Source: Acidobacteriota bacterium
Lineage (GTDB): Bacteria > Acidobacteriota > Vicinamibacteria > Vicinamibacterales > UBA2999
Direction of reading: 5' to 3'
DNA: 55,567 bases
Assembly: GCA_031392125.1 (NCBI GenBank)
Contig: JANMUX010000521.1
Coordinates: forward strand, 1 to 55,567
Program-made: the position numbers and the translations under genes
Shown: positions 16,808-25,919 of the stretch, piece by piece
Numbering within the stretch: position 1 is the first letter of the stretch
Layout: each line of letters opens with the position of its first letter
The notes under the pieces: model-generated
Told to the model about the DNA's origin: nothing
The model's database searches: none
The model's input: only the letters and a program-made list of their open reading frames with translations

Positions 16808-16869
16808 GGTGATTTGGTGATTTTGAGATTTGGGAAAGCAATTTCTCGATTTTAGGATTTCGCGATTTT
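16808..16869 (+). repeat. Two triplets of GATTT spaced 8 nt apart, spanning the polA stop
   Basis: GATTT at 16811, 16819 and 16827, and at 16848, 16856 and 16864. The first two octamers are identical (ggtgattt). Confidence 0.8.
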
Positions 16870-19536
16870 CCAATTCTCGCCGATGCCGACGTCGACATCG
16901 AGCGGCACGCGCAGCGGGACGGCTGCGGCCATCTTTGCTCTTACGACCGCCGCCACCGCTTCAGCCTCTTCCTTCGGCGCCTCGAACAACAGTTCATCGT
17001 GGACGGTGAGAATCATCTTCGCGCGCGGGTGGCTCGCGGCAAGCGCGGCATGGACATCGATCATTGCCTTCTTGAGAATGTCGGCAGCCGTGCCCTGGAT
17101 CGGCATGTTCACCGCGACCCGCTCTGACGCCGAGCGGATCATGCCGTTGCGGCTGGTCAGTTCCGGCACCGGCCGGCGACGGCCGAAAATGGTCTGGACA
17201 AAGCCACTGATGCGCGCGTCCTCGAGTGTCTTGTCGATGAACGCGCGCACGCGCGGAAAGCCGGCGAAGTAGGCGTCGATGAAGGTTTGCGCCGCCTGCT
17301 GCGTGACGCCAATGTCCTTGGCCAGCGTGAACGCGGTCTTGCCGTAGAGCAGCGCGTAGTTGACGATCTTGGCGCGCCGGCGCAGTTCGTGCGGGTCGAG
17401 CGTGCTGTCGGCGCCAAACACCTTGCTGGCGGTCTGATCGTGAATATCGTCGCCACGTTCGAACGCGGCAATCAGCGTTTCATCACCAGACAAGTGCGCG
17501 AGCACGCGCAACTCGATCTGCGAATAATCGGCCGAGATCAGGACATGGCCTGGCTCGGCAATGAACGCGCCGCGAATCTGGCGGCCGATCTCTGTACGGA
17601 TCGGGATGTTCTGTAGGTTGGGGTCGCTGCTGCTCAAGCGGCCGGTGGCGGCCACGGCCTGGCTGATCTGCGTGTGCACGCGACCACTCTCTGGGTTCAC
17701 GAGCGTCGGCAGTGCGTCGATGTAGGTGCCCTTCAGCTTGGCCAGCCCGCGCCAGTCGAGGATCAGCCGGCAGATGTCGTGCTGGGCGGCGAGCTCTTCG
17801 AGCACTTCAACCGCAGTCGATGGCGTGCGGGTCGTGCCGGTCCGCTTCAGCACCGGCAACTGCATCTTGTCGAACAGGATCTCGGCGAGCTGCTTGGGGG
17901 AGTTGATGTTGAACTCGCCGCCGGCCATGGTGAAAATCTGCCGGCTCAGGTCGCTCATCTCGCGATCGACAACCGTCGACTGCGCGGCCAGCGATGCGAC
18001 ATCGACCCTCACGCCGGTGCGCTCGATCTCCGCAAGAATCGGCACCAGTGGCAACTCGAAGTCGAGATACACCGGCATCAGGCCGTCGCGCTCGAGCAGC
18101 GGCCGGAAGTGCTCGGCGAGTTGCCACGCCAGGTCGGCCCGCTCGCCGGCGTAGTCGAGCACGCTATCGACCGGTACCTGCGCGAACGGAATCGCCTTCG
18201 CGCCCTTGCCGCGCACATCATCTTCGGTCAGCGCCTTGTAGCCGAGCTGTTCGAGCGCGATCGGCTCGAGTTCCTGGCTTGAACGGTTCGCGTCCAGCAG
18301 GTAGCTGGCGAGCATGGTGTCGAAGGCCTTGGGATTCTTCAGGTCCACGCCGTGACGGCCGAGCACGATCAGGTCGGCCTTGATGTCGTGTCCGATCTTC
18401 TCGATCGCCGGATCGGTAAGCAGCGGCGCGAGCAGCGCCAGGGCCTCCGGCGTGGCCAGCGAGAAGCCTCCGCCGAAGCCCTCGTGGCCGAGCGGGATGT
18501 AGCGGGCCATGGCCGCCCCGGTTGAAACCGCGATGCCTACCAGCGTCGCGCGGACCGGCGCGGTGCCGTCGGTGATCACCTTCAGGCTGAAACGCTGTGA
18601 TGCCCGCAGTTGCCCGACCAGCGCGGTCAGCTCGTCGCCCGATCCCACCAGCGAGTAATCCTTGACCACCGACGCCGCGGTTGGCGCGAACTCGGGGACC
18701 AGCGTGCGGAAACCCAGTTGCGAGAACAAGGCATAGCACCGCTCGCGCGAGGAACCGCGATAGCGAAACGTCTCGGCGTCGAAAGGCACTTCGACGTCGG
18801 TGCGGATCGTCACCAGCTCGCGGCTTTGACGGGCCTCGTCTGCGTGCGCCAGCAGGCCCTCGCGGTATTTCTTCTGCTTGATCTCGCCAGCGTTCAGCAA
18901 CAGCGCATCAAGCGAGCCGTACTGCGCGATTAACTCGCGCGCGCCTTTGTCGCCAATTCCGGGGACGCCCTTCACGTTGTCGCTCGAGTCGCCCATCAAC
19001 GCCAGCACGTCGACCACTTGCGACGGCGGCACGCCGAACTTCTGCGCGACTCCTTCGGCGTCAAACCACGCGCCTTCGTCCTTCGGGTTGTAGACCCTGA
19101 TGCTGTCGTTGACGAGCTGAAAGAAATCTTTGTCGCCGGTCACAATCGCCGCCTGGAAGCCGTGACCGGCGGCCTTGCTCGCCAGCGTTCCGATCACGTC
19201 ATCCGCCTCGAAGCCTTCAGAAGTGAAGATCGGCACCCCCAGGGCCTCGCAGGCCTCGAACACCCACGGCACCTGCTCGACCAGATCGGCCGGCATGGCC
19301 GAACGGTTGGCTTTATAGTCGGCGGACATTTTCGAGCGAAAGGTTTGCCCGCGCACGTCGAACGACGCCGCGATGTATTCGGGGTTGTGGTCGGCAATCA
19401 GCTTACGGAGCATGGTAATGAAGCCATACACCGCGTTGGTGGATTTGCCGTCTGGCCCGGTCAACCCGCGAATCGCGTGGTAGGCGCGATACATCTGGTT
19501 GCTGCCGTCGATCAGGAACAGCGTTGGTTGAGGCAC
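16852..19536 (-). CDS. polA: DNA polymerase I
   Basis: 5'-nuclease N-terminus (LFLIDGSNQMYRAYHA). Pol A motifs (DYSQIELRVLAH, RRRAKIVNYALLYG, VHDELLFE). 894 aa. GTG start. Confidence 0.95.
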   Translation of the reverse strand: MPQPTLFLIDGSNQMYRAYHAIRGLTGPDGKSTNAVYGFITMLRKLIADHNPEYIAASFDVRGQTFRSKMSADYKANRSAMPADLVEQVPWVFEACEALGVPIFTSEGFEADDVIGTLASKAAGHGFQAAIVTGDKDFFQLVNDSIRVYNPKDEGAWFDAEGVAQKFGVPPSQVVDVLALMGDSSDNVKGVPGIGDKGARELIAQYGSLDALLLNAGEIKQKKYREGLLAHADEARQSRELVTIRTDVEVPFDAETFRYRGSSRERCYALFSQLGFRTLVPEFAPTAASVVKDYSLVGSGDELTALVGQLRASQRFSLKVITDGTAPVRATLVGIAVSTGAAMARYIPLGHEGFGGGFSLATPEALALLAPLLTDPAIEKIGHDIKADLIVLGRHGVDLKNPKAFDTMLASYLLDANRSSQELEPIALEQLGYKALTEDDVRGKGAKAIPFAQVPVDSVLDYAGERADLAWQLAEHFRPLLERDGLMPVYLDFELPLVPILAEIERTGVRVDVASLAAQSTVVDREMSDLSRQIFTMAGGEFNINSPKQLAEILFDKMQLPVLKRTGTTRTPSTAVEVLEELAAQHDICRLILDWRGLAKLKGTYIDALPTLVNPESGRVHTQISQAVAATGRLSSSDPNLQNIPIRTEIGRQIRGAFIAEPGHVLISADYSQIELRVLAHLSGDETLIAAFERGDDIHDQTASKVFGADSTLDPHELRRRAKIVNYALLYGKTAFTLAKDIGVTQQAAQTFIDAYFAGFPRVRAFIDKTLEDARISGFVQTIFGRRRPVPELTSRNGMIRSASERVAVNMPIQGTAADILKKAMIDVHAALAASHPRAKMILTVHDELLFEAPKEEAEAVAAVVRAKMAAAVPLRVPLDVDVGIGENWKIAKS

Positions 19537-19556
19537 CGTCCGTATATTATTCCTTT

Positions 19557-20273
19557 GTGCGGCTTGCTTTTGGCCTGGTGCTGGTGTCGGTGTTGTTGTC
19601 GTCAGCGTGCGGCAGCGTGATTTCTCGGAAATACGAATACGAGGAAGAGATCTTTCTCGCCTTGGATGGCTCGGCGAGCGTGTACGTAAACGCCTCGGTT
19701 CCCGCGCTGGTGGCGCTGCGTGGCGCGGCGTTACCCGTCGACCCGAGTGCCCGTCTCGACCGGCAGATCGTCCGCGAGATCTACAGCTCGCCGGTGACGC
19801 AGGTCGCCAACGTGTCGACCTCGCGTCGTGACGGCCGCCGCTACGTTCACCTGCGGATCAACGTCACCGACATTCGCAAGCTGAACGAAGCCGCGCCGTT
19901 TGCCTGGTCCCAATATCGCTTCCTGGATAAGGACGGCCTGTTCGAGTACACCCAGACGATGCAGTCCGCGGCGGGTAGGGACGTGGGTAATGTCGGATGG
20001 CAGGGCGGTGAGCTGGTGGCGGTGCGCGTGCACCTGCCGAGCAAGGTGGAGTTTCACAACTCTCCCTCGCGCACGATCGAGCGCGGCAACATCATCGTCT
20101 GGGAACAACCGCTGGCCGAGCGTCAGAAAGGCACGCCGCTCGAACTGACCGTGCGGATGCAGACCGAGTCGATCCTGTTCCGCACGCTGGCGCTCTTCGG
20201 GATGATGATGGCCGCCGCGGCGGTCACGTTCGCGGCGGCCATCTGGTTCGTGAAGACCAGGAAAACAGACTAG
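19557..20273 (+). CDS. Putative lipoprotein with C-terminal TM anchor, hypothetical
   Basis: GTG 19557 gives VRLAFGLVLVSVLLSSAC (lipobox-like). C-terminal hydrophobic helix. The track start 19524 would overlap the polA start. Confidence 0.5.
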   Translation: MRLAFGLVLVSVLLSSACGSVISRKYEYEEEIFLALDGSASVYVNASVPALVALRGAALPVDPSARLDRQIVREIYSSPVTQVANVSTSRRDGRRYVHLRINVTDIRKLNEAAPFAWSQYRFLDKDGLFEYTQTMQSAAGRDVGNVGWQGGELVAVRVHLPSKVEFHNSPSRTIERGNIIVWEQPLAERQKGTPLELTVRMQTESILFRTLALFGMMMAAAAVTFAAAIWFVKTRKTD

Positions 20274-20857
20274 TTTGTCTTTCTCAGTTCCAGCGCCTCG
20301 CGGACCTCGGCGTCCGTTTTCAACAGGTTCTTTACCTCGAACGCCCCGAAGCCCGATGCCAGCGACCGCGCGAGCATCCGCTCGACGTTGCTGTTGACGA
20401 CGCCCTCGAGACTGACGTGACCGCGGTTGACGACCACGCGAATCGGCGGGTTGGCCATCATCGCGTAATTCCAGAACGACGAGTGGCTGTAGATGGCTCG
20501 CGCAATGCGGAAACGCAGGTCATCGTCGAACTGCGAAACCGGCAGCACGCCGATCTTGTTGTCAACCGACACGATGCCTTCGACCTTGCGGACGCGCTTC
20601 TCGAGGTCGTCGCGCTTGTACGGCATGGTGACCCAGCCGGTCAGCTGCACCTTGCCCTCGACGACTTCAGCCGAGATGCTGTCGAAGATCGTGAGCTGCG
20701 TGTAGCGATTGACCTGGACGGCAATGTCGTTGAACACCTGCAGGTCCTTGCGCTCGACCGCTTGGCTGGCCGCCAACGCGTCGGCGGAGTTGGCAGCAAC
20801 CGGCGCGGCTGAAAAAACAAAGAGTGAGACGAACGCGGATGCGATCAGTGACTTCAT
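20270..20857 (-). CDS. Periplasmic protein with two BON domains (OsmY-like)
   Basis: ATG 20857 preceded by GGAGG. Signal peptide MKSLIASAFVSLFVFSAAPVAA. Two BON-like units (VEGKVQLTGWV...VDNKI; NRGHVSLEGVV...VKNLL). Confidence 0.75.
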   Translation of the reverse strand: MKSLIASAFVSLFVFSAAPVAANSADALAASQAVERKDLQVFNDIAVQVNRYTQLTIFDSISAEVVEGKVQLTGWVTMPYKRDDLEKRVRKVEGIVSVDNKIGVLPVSQFDDDLRFRIARAIYSHSSFWNYAMMANPPIRVVVNRGHVSLEGVVNSNVERMLARSLASGFGAFEVKNLLKTDAEVREALELRKTN

Positions 20858-20928
20858 GGTGGAACCTCCCCACATGCCGTTCACTACTGCGAAGGTCATG
20901 CCAGCAGGTTGTGTCACCTGGCAGGGAA

Positions 20929-22017
20929 TCACGGCGTCGCGACGTACCCTTTGCGCGCGCGCACCATTAAAGCTGGGTCGCGCACTTCGACGCGGATGGT
21001 GTGCCAGCGGCCATCCTTGTAGCCCGGGCTCGGGTAGCCCAGGTAGTACTGCTGGCTCAGTTCGTCGGCAATGCTCGCGACTGCCGGATCGAGGTCGCGC
21101 GGGTCGCGCACGATCTCGGTGCGGCCGCCGCTGTCGTCGGTCATCTCTCGCAGGGCCAGAACGTTCAGGCGCTCGTCGCCACCGCCCATTGAATAGGTGC
21201 CGCGTCCGCTACCGCCGCCGGTGGGCGGATACTGCGGTTGCGGCATGGGCAGGCGACCGCCGCCGCCGCGGCCGGCGCCACCAGGGAATGGAAACGGAAT
21301 GGGCAAGCGCGGACGCGGTTGCTGAATCGGAGGCGCCGGCCGCTGAAAGGTCGCCTGGCCCTGCCCATCAATCCCGACCGCGTACACCATTACTTCCGTC
21401 TCGCGAATCACGCGCTTTACGTCGCCAATCTCGGTACGGCTGCTGGTGTCGTTGCCATCCGAGATAATCACGATCGCCTTCTTGCGGTTCTGCCCGCTTT
21501 GCGCCATCGGCACTGCTTCAATCACGCCGTCGTACATCGCAGTGCCGCCGTTGGGATGGATGCGCCCGACCATAGTGGCCAAACGATTGCGGTCGTTGGT
21601 CCAGTCCAGCACGAGGTCGGCGCTGGCGCTGAAGCGGTAGAGGAAGAACTCGTCGAGCTCGTCGTTCATCAGGCGGAAGAACCGGTCGATGGAACTGACG
21701 GCCGCCGTCCACTTGTCACCAACCATGCTGCCGCTCGTGTCGACAACAATGCCCAGGCTCACCGGTGTGCGGTCGGCATTGAAGTGCGTGACCTCGACCA
21801 GCTTGTTGTCTTCGTAGATGACGAAGTCCTCTTTGGTCAGCCGGCCGGCAAAGCGGCCAGACCGGTCGCTGACCGTCGCCGTTACGTTGATCAGCTCGAC
21901 GCCGCTCTTGAAGCGGAAGCCGTCCGGTTGCTGCGCGAGCGGATTGACGCTCGCCAGCGCGAGCAGCACCGCCACGATTGCCAGGGCGCGAGGTCCGTGC
22001 TTCATGTCCATCTCCAT
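20929..22017 (-). CDS. Secreted VWA domain protein
   Basis: MIDAS DTSGS in GIVVDTSGSM. Signal peptide. Resembles the VWFA-related family common in Acidobacteria (from memory). The start overlaps the upstream stop by 1 nt (TAATG). Confidence 0.8.
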   Translation of the reverse strand: MEMDMKHGPRALAIVAVLLALASVNPLAQQPDGFRFKSGVELINVTATVSDRSGRFAGRLTKEDFVIYEDNKLVEVTHFNADRTPVSLGIVVDTSGSMVGDKWTAAVSSIDRFFRLMNDELDEFFLYRFSASADLVLDWTNDRNRLATMVGRIHPNGGTAMYDGVIEAVPMAQSGQNRKKAIVIISDGNDTSSRTEIGDVKRVIRETEVMVYAVGIDGQGQATFQRPAPPIQQPRPRLPIPFPFPGGAGRGGGGRLPMPQPQYPPTGGGSGRGTYSMGGGDERLNVLALREMTDDSGGRTEIVRDPRDLDPAVASIADELSQQYYLGYPSPGYKDGRWHTIRVEVRDPALMVRARKGYVATP

Positions 22018-22892
22018 TACTTCAAGATCACACTGACCGGCTGCTCGCCCTCAGCAGCCAGCGGCGCCGCGCCGCGCCGATCGACATGCGGCAACACGCC
22101 TTCGTCTGTCCTGAAGCTTACGCGATACCGCGACACCGAGGCCGGCGCGTCCAACGACACCACGAACGGCGATTCGTCGCCGGCGCCAAGCTTGAGAAAA
22201 TCGACATCGGCTTTTGCGCTGGTGATGAACGCCCCTTGCCGATCGAACAGGAAAACCACCGCCGTCAGGCGTTCGACGGGCTGGCCGGCCGCCGGATTGC
22301 GGACAAGTCCCGACACCGCGAGTTTCTGGTTCTGCCGCTCATGCCGCAGTGAGACCAATTCCAGCGGGCTATTGGGACCGACGGCGACCGCGGTCGTGCC
22401 GCGCGGGTCCGCCATCATCCAGGCGAGGCCGCCGAGCAGGACGATCAGCAACAGCGCGGCCGCAATCGCGAGCGAGCGCTGCCCACCGCTGGTCTCTCGC
22501 GGCTGGGTGGCGGCGCCCAAGAAGCCCGACGAGTGCGCCACCTCGCGCGCCACCGGCGCGGATTGAAGCGGAAGCTCAGACGAGGTCGGCTCCGTTGCGG
22601 CGACGACCCTCGGCACCGCTGCGAAAGCCAGCGGCGCTGGCGCCCACGGGGCGCGCACGACGGGCTTCTCGGTTACGGCCGGACGCGCCTGAAAACCGGT
22701 GGCGTGCTCAGGCGACAGATCCTGCCAGCCGTGACCCGGATCCGCTGCAGGGTCGGAGGCGGAAATCGACAACGCGGCCACGCGAGCCGCAGAGCGCCGC
22801 TTCTCGTCCCGCGCCAGTCGCCAGGCCGTCACGCTCATTACGAGCGCGACACCGAGCGACACCACGGTGACGGCCAATAGCACTATCTCCAT
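22017..22892 (-). CDS. Single-pass membrane protein, hypothetical (DUF3426-like C-terminus)
   Basis: ATG 22892 lies 5 nt after GGAG. N-terminal TM helix EIVLLAVTVVSLGVALVMSV. A second TM helix mid-protein, then a beta-rich C-terminal domain. Confidence 0.55.
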   Translation of the reverse strand: MEIVLLAVTVVSLGVALVMSVTAWRLARDEKRRSAARVAALSISASDPAADPGHGWQDLSPEHATGFQARPAVTEKPVVRAPWAPAPLAFAAVPRVVAATEPTSSELPLQSAPVAREVAHSSGFLGAATQPRETSGGQRSLAIAAALLLIVLLGGLAWMMADPRGTTAVAVGPNSPLELVSLRHERQNQKLAVSGLVRNPAAGQPVERLTAVVFLFDRQGAFITSAKADVDFLKLGAGDESPFVVSLDAPASVSRYRVSFRTDEGVLPHVDRRGAAPLAAEGEQPVSVILK

Positions 22893-22932
22893 ATGCACTC
22901 CAGCACTTCAGGATCCCAGCACTTCAGCACTT
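22893..22932. repeat. Five tandem octamers (cagcactt family) filling an intergenic spacer
   Basis: The words are atgcactc, cagcactt, caggatcc, cagcactt, cagcactt. On the minus-strand mRNA this tract contains the SD of the downstream gene. Confidence 0.8.
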
Positions 22933-22936
22933 GTAC

Positions 22937-24037
22937 CTATCGCAGCCTGAACTCGACGCCGACTTGCACGACCACGTCCACCGGCACACCCTTCATGCGT
23001 CCCGGCGCAAACCGCCACTGGCGCACTGCCTGGATCGCGCGCTCGTTAAGCCCGCCTCGCAGTCCGCGCAACACCTTGACGTCGCCCACCGTGCCGTCGC
23101 GGCGCACGACGATCTCGAGCTCCACTTCGCCTTCAATGTTCGCGCGCCGCGCTTCGTCCGAGTAGTCCGCCTTGACTTCGCGCAGCAGCCGTGGCGGCTC
23201 AACGCCGCTGCCCGGGCGGAACGGCCCGCCGCCGGTGCCACCGCCGGAGCCATCGCCGACGCCAGAGCCATCACCTTCACCAAGACCGGTACCGCGGCCG
23301 CTACCCGCGCCGCCGCCTGCGCCAGGTCCCTGGCTGGGCGGCGTTTCCGGCACTTTGGCGAGCACGCCTTCGCGGTTCTCCGCTTCGGCGGGCTTGCTGG
23401 CAATTGGCGCCATCACCGGCGGCAATACCTTCGCTTCAAGCGGCGGAGGTGGCGGCTCGGGAGGTCTAGGAACCGGCCGCATGGGCGGCGGCAGCTTGTG
23501 CGCCGGCAAGGGGCTGCTGATCTTCTCCACGCCCTTGCGCATGGCCTTGGGCGGGGGGGCCTTCTGCATCAACCCGCCGCCACCACCACCGCCCCCTGGT
23601 CCGGGCGACACGAGAAACACTAACCGGACAGGTTCGGGATCCTTCAGCGGCTCGGTGCGCTCGTCAGCCACCGCCAGTCCGAGACTTGCGATGAACAGAA
23701 CGGAGGCCACGGCCAGCCCATGCAGGCTCGTCGATACCACCATCGGCACGGTCGTCGAACGTTGCGCCCGCACGCCTTGCGCAAACAGTTCGCGGCCCAG
23801 GCCGAGCCCACCGGTTACGGCGACCGCCGAGCCGGTCTTGAGAGCGCGGACCGCGCGAACTGCTTCATCGTGCGCGACGTAGGTCGATAGGTCAGGACGA
23901 CCGCCGGTAGGCAGCTGAGCGGCGATCGATCGGATCTCGCCCCGCGCCACTAACTCGAGCACGCGTGCTTCAGACACTCCGCCGGCTTCCGCAATGTCGC
24001 GGGCCGTGTAGACGTCCGGTGGAAGGTTTCCTTGCAT
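22937..24037 (-). CDS. TonB-family energy transducer with an N-terminal helix-turn-helix-like segment
   Basis: C-terminal TonB domain (RANIEGEVELEIVVRRDGTVGDVKVLRG...AIQAVRQWRFAP). Pro- and Gly-rich linkers. One TM helix. N-terminus YTARDIAEAGGVSEARVLELVARGEI resembles excisionase/MerR-type HTH. Confidence 0.8.
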   Translation of the reverse strand: MQGNLPPDVYTARDIAEAGGVSEARVLELVARGEIRSIAAQLPTGGRPDLSTYVAHDEAVRAVRALKTGSAVAVTGGLGLGRELFAQGVRAQRSTTVPMVVSTSLHGLAVASVLFIASLGLAVADERTEPLKDPEPVRLVFLVSPGPGGGGGGGGLMQKAPPPKAMRKGVEKISSPLPAHKLPPPMRPVPRPPEPPPPPLEAKVLPPVMAPIASKPAEAENREGVLAKVPETPPSQGPGAGGGAGSGRGTGLGEGDGSGVGDGSGGGTGGGPFRPGSGVEPPRLLREVKADYSDEARRANIEGEVELEIVVRRDGTVGDVKVLRGLRGGLNERAIQAVRQWRFAPGRMKGVPVDVVVQVGVEFRLR

Positions 24038-24054
24038 GGCTGCGGTTCGTGTAA

Positions 24055-24070
24055 TGGCAAAAGTCTTGCC
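24055..24070 (+). promoter_or_regulatory. Candidate sigma54 promoter (TGGCAA-N5-TTGCC)
   Basis: TGGCA and TTGC halves with consensus spacing (G24056 to G24068 = 12 nt). Plus strand, ~200 nt upstream of the FHA gene. Confidence 0.4.
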
Positions 24071-24273
24071 GTCGTGCCCGCGGATACGATGGGGCCCTGA
24101 TCACTCTTTTCGGCGGCTTTTCACGAAGTCTTTGCGTTCTGGTCCCAGCAAGTTGTGGTGGTTTGGGGACGGTGTCTTCGTTTGAAGTCATCCTCAGCAG
24201 TAGATGCGCGTGGGTCCGCCGGCGCCAACTCGGCGTCGCAGGCATCTCCCGCCACGAGTAAAATGGCCCCGCC

Positions 24274-24585
24274 ATGGTCATGAGCTTGCGCGTCGGCCAT
24301 CGTCGCTACGTCCTGGGCTACGGCGTCAATACGATCGGCCGCGACGCGGGATCGACCGTGCATCTGAACGATTCGAGCGTGTCGCGCGCGCATGCGCGCA
24401 TTACGGTCAAGGACGGGCAGGCGCAGGTTGAGGACTTGCACAGCAAGAACGGCACCTCAGTGCAGAACCAGCCGATCGTCGGTCCCACCTTACTTACCGA
24501 TGGCGACGAAATCGAGTTCGGTCACGTCAAGGGTTGGTTCATCATCGAAGCAAGTGACTCGCCGCCGACGACCACGCACTTATGA
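24274..24585 (+). CDS. Stand-alone FHA domain protein
   Basis: TIGRDAGSTVHLNDSSVSRAHARI...SKNGT...DGDEIEFG, the typical FHA signature. Confidence 0.8.
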   Translation: MVMSLRVGHRRYVLGYGVNTIGRDAGSTVHLNDSSVSRAHARITVKDGQAQVEDLHSKNGTSVQNQPIVGPTLLTDGDEIEFGHVKGWFIIEASDSPPTTTHL

Positions 24586-25152
24586 ATTGGGACGGAGGCC
24601 TTCGAGGAAGCGGAAGCCGTCTTTTTCAGCGAGCAGCCGCGACGGCTTGAAGCCGACGGCCGCAAGGTCGCCCAACATGTCGTAGCCCTGCGGGCGGGAA
24701 ACGGCACCGCGGAACAGGCCGCCACCGCCGAGTCCCTCCACCACTTCGATGCGTCCGCCCATGCGGACAATGCGAAAAGCTTCGTGCAAGTAGCCGAGGC
24801 GCGCGGCATTCTCGAACGCCGCGAAGCTGCCGTCAGTGTCGTCGATCACAATCATGTCGAACTGATCGCTCTCAAACGGCAGCGTGCGCCCTTCGATCGG
24901 CCGCACATCGATCAGCGCGCCGACCTTGGCGCCGACCGCGGCCGCGCGCTTGGCCGAAGCGGGATCCGCTGAAGCGACCGCTGCGGCGCCGCTCAACCCG
25001 GCCTTTGCGGCCAGGCCCGAGAGCAGCGCGCGGTCGTGACAACCGACCAGGAGAAAGCGCTCGCCCATCCGCACGCCGGTCATTGACACTTGCAGCGGAT
25101 CCATCGCGCGCGTCTGGCTGGCCTTGAGGAGGCGGATGAAGATGCCGATCAT
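24580..25152 (-). CDS. Class I methyltransferase-fold protein with degenerate SAM motif I
   Basis: LPFESDQFDMIVI and EAFRIVRMGGRIEVV match MTase motifs. The motif I position reads LLVGCHDRA instead of GxGxG. ATG 25152; the longer track ORF is rejected. Confidence 0.55.
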   Translation of the reverse strand: MIGIFIRLLKASQTRAMDPLQVSMTGVRMGERFLLVGCHDRALLSGLAAKAGLSGAAAVASADPASAKRAAAVGAKVGALIDVRPIEGRTLPFESDQFDMIVIDDTDGSFAAFENAARLGYLHEAFRIVRMGGRIEVVEGLGGGGLFRGAVSRPQGYDMLGDLAAVGFKPSRLLAEKDGFRFLEGLRPNS

Positions 25153-25188
25153 GAGCTCCCATGATAGCCTCTGCCGCGGAGGACTCCC

Positions 25189-25872
25189 ATGCCCGCACCA
25201 CGCGTCCCGATCGCGATCGCGTTGTTGTTGGCCCTGGTGGCCATACCCCTCGGCGCGCAGTCGCCCGACCGGTTTGCCGGGCAAGTTGCCACGCTGGTGG
25301 CCGAAGACCAGGCTCATCCGCCGGCCGAGGGCTCAATTCTTTTTATTGGCAGCAGCATCTGGCGGCTGTGGTCGACGGTCGTCGAGGACATGGCGCCGTT
25401 GCCAGTCTACAACCGCGCCTTTGGCGGCTCGCAGACGCCGGACATGTTGCGGCACTTCGACGCGCTGGTCGTGCCGCACAAGCCGCGCATCATCGTCTAC
25501 TACTGCGGCAGCAACGACGTGAACGCCGGACAATCGGCCGACGCCATTGCCGGCCGCATTCACGAGTTCGCCGCGCGCGTGGGCCGGTCACTGCCCGGCA
25601 CGAAACTGATCTTCGCGTCGATCAACCGCTCGCCAGACAAACAGAAGCGGTGGGACGTGGTTGACGCAGTGAATGCGCGCGTGCGCGATGACTTCACCAA
25701 AGAGTTCGCGTTTCTCTCGTTCGTCGATCTGAACCCGGCATTGTTTGACGCGGCCGGCAAGGCCAGGGTCGATCTCTACCTGCCCGACATGCTGCACTTC
25801 AAGCCGCCTGCCTACGTCGCGTTCACCGAGATCGTGAAGCCGGTCCTCACCAAGGCGTGGGCCTCGCGATAG
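25189..25872 (+). CDS. Secreted SGNH/GDSL-type hydrolase
   Basis: Signal peptide. Block I ILFIGSSI, block III GSND, block V DMLH (DxxH). Confidence 0.75.
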   Translation: MPAPRVPIAIALLLALVAIPLGAQSPDRFAGQVATLVAEDQAHPPAEGSILFIGSSIWRLWSTVVEDMAPLPVYNRAFGGSQTPDMLRHFDALVVPHKPRIIVYYCGSNDVNAGQSADAIAGRIHEFAARVGRSLPGTKLIFASINRSPDKQKRWDVVDAVNARVRDDFTKEFAFLSFVDLNPALFDAAGKARVDLYLPDMLHFKPPAYVAFTEIVKPVLTKAWASR

Positions 25873-25919
25873 CGGCGTAAGGCGGCAACCGTCGAGGGCT
25901 AGCGTGATATATTTCCAAG

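Noticed and set aside
21238-22566. 442-aa plus-strand ORF
   Set aside because: It is antisense to the VWA and membrane protein genes; shadow ORF.
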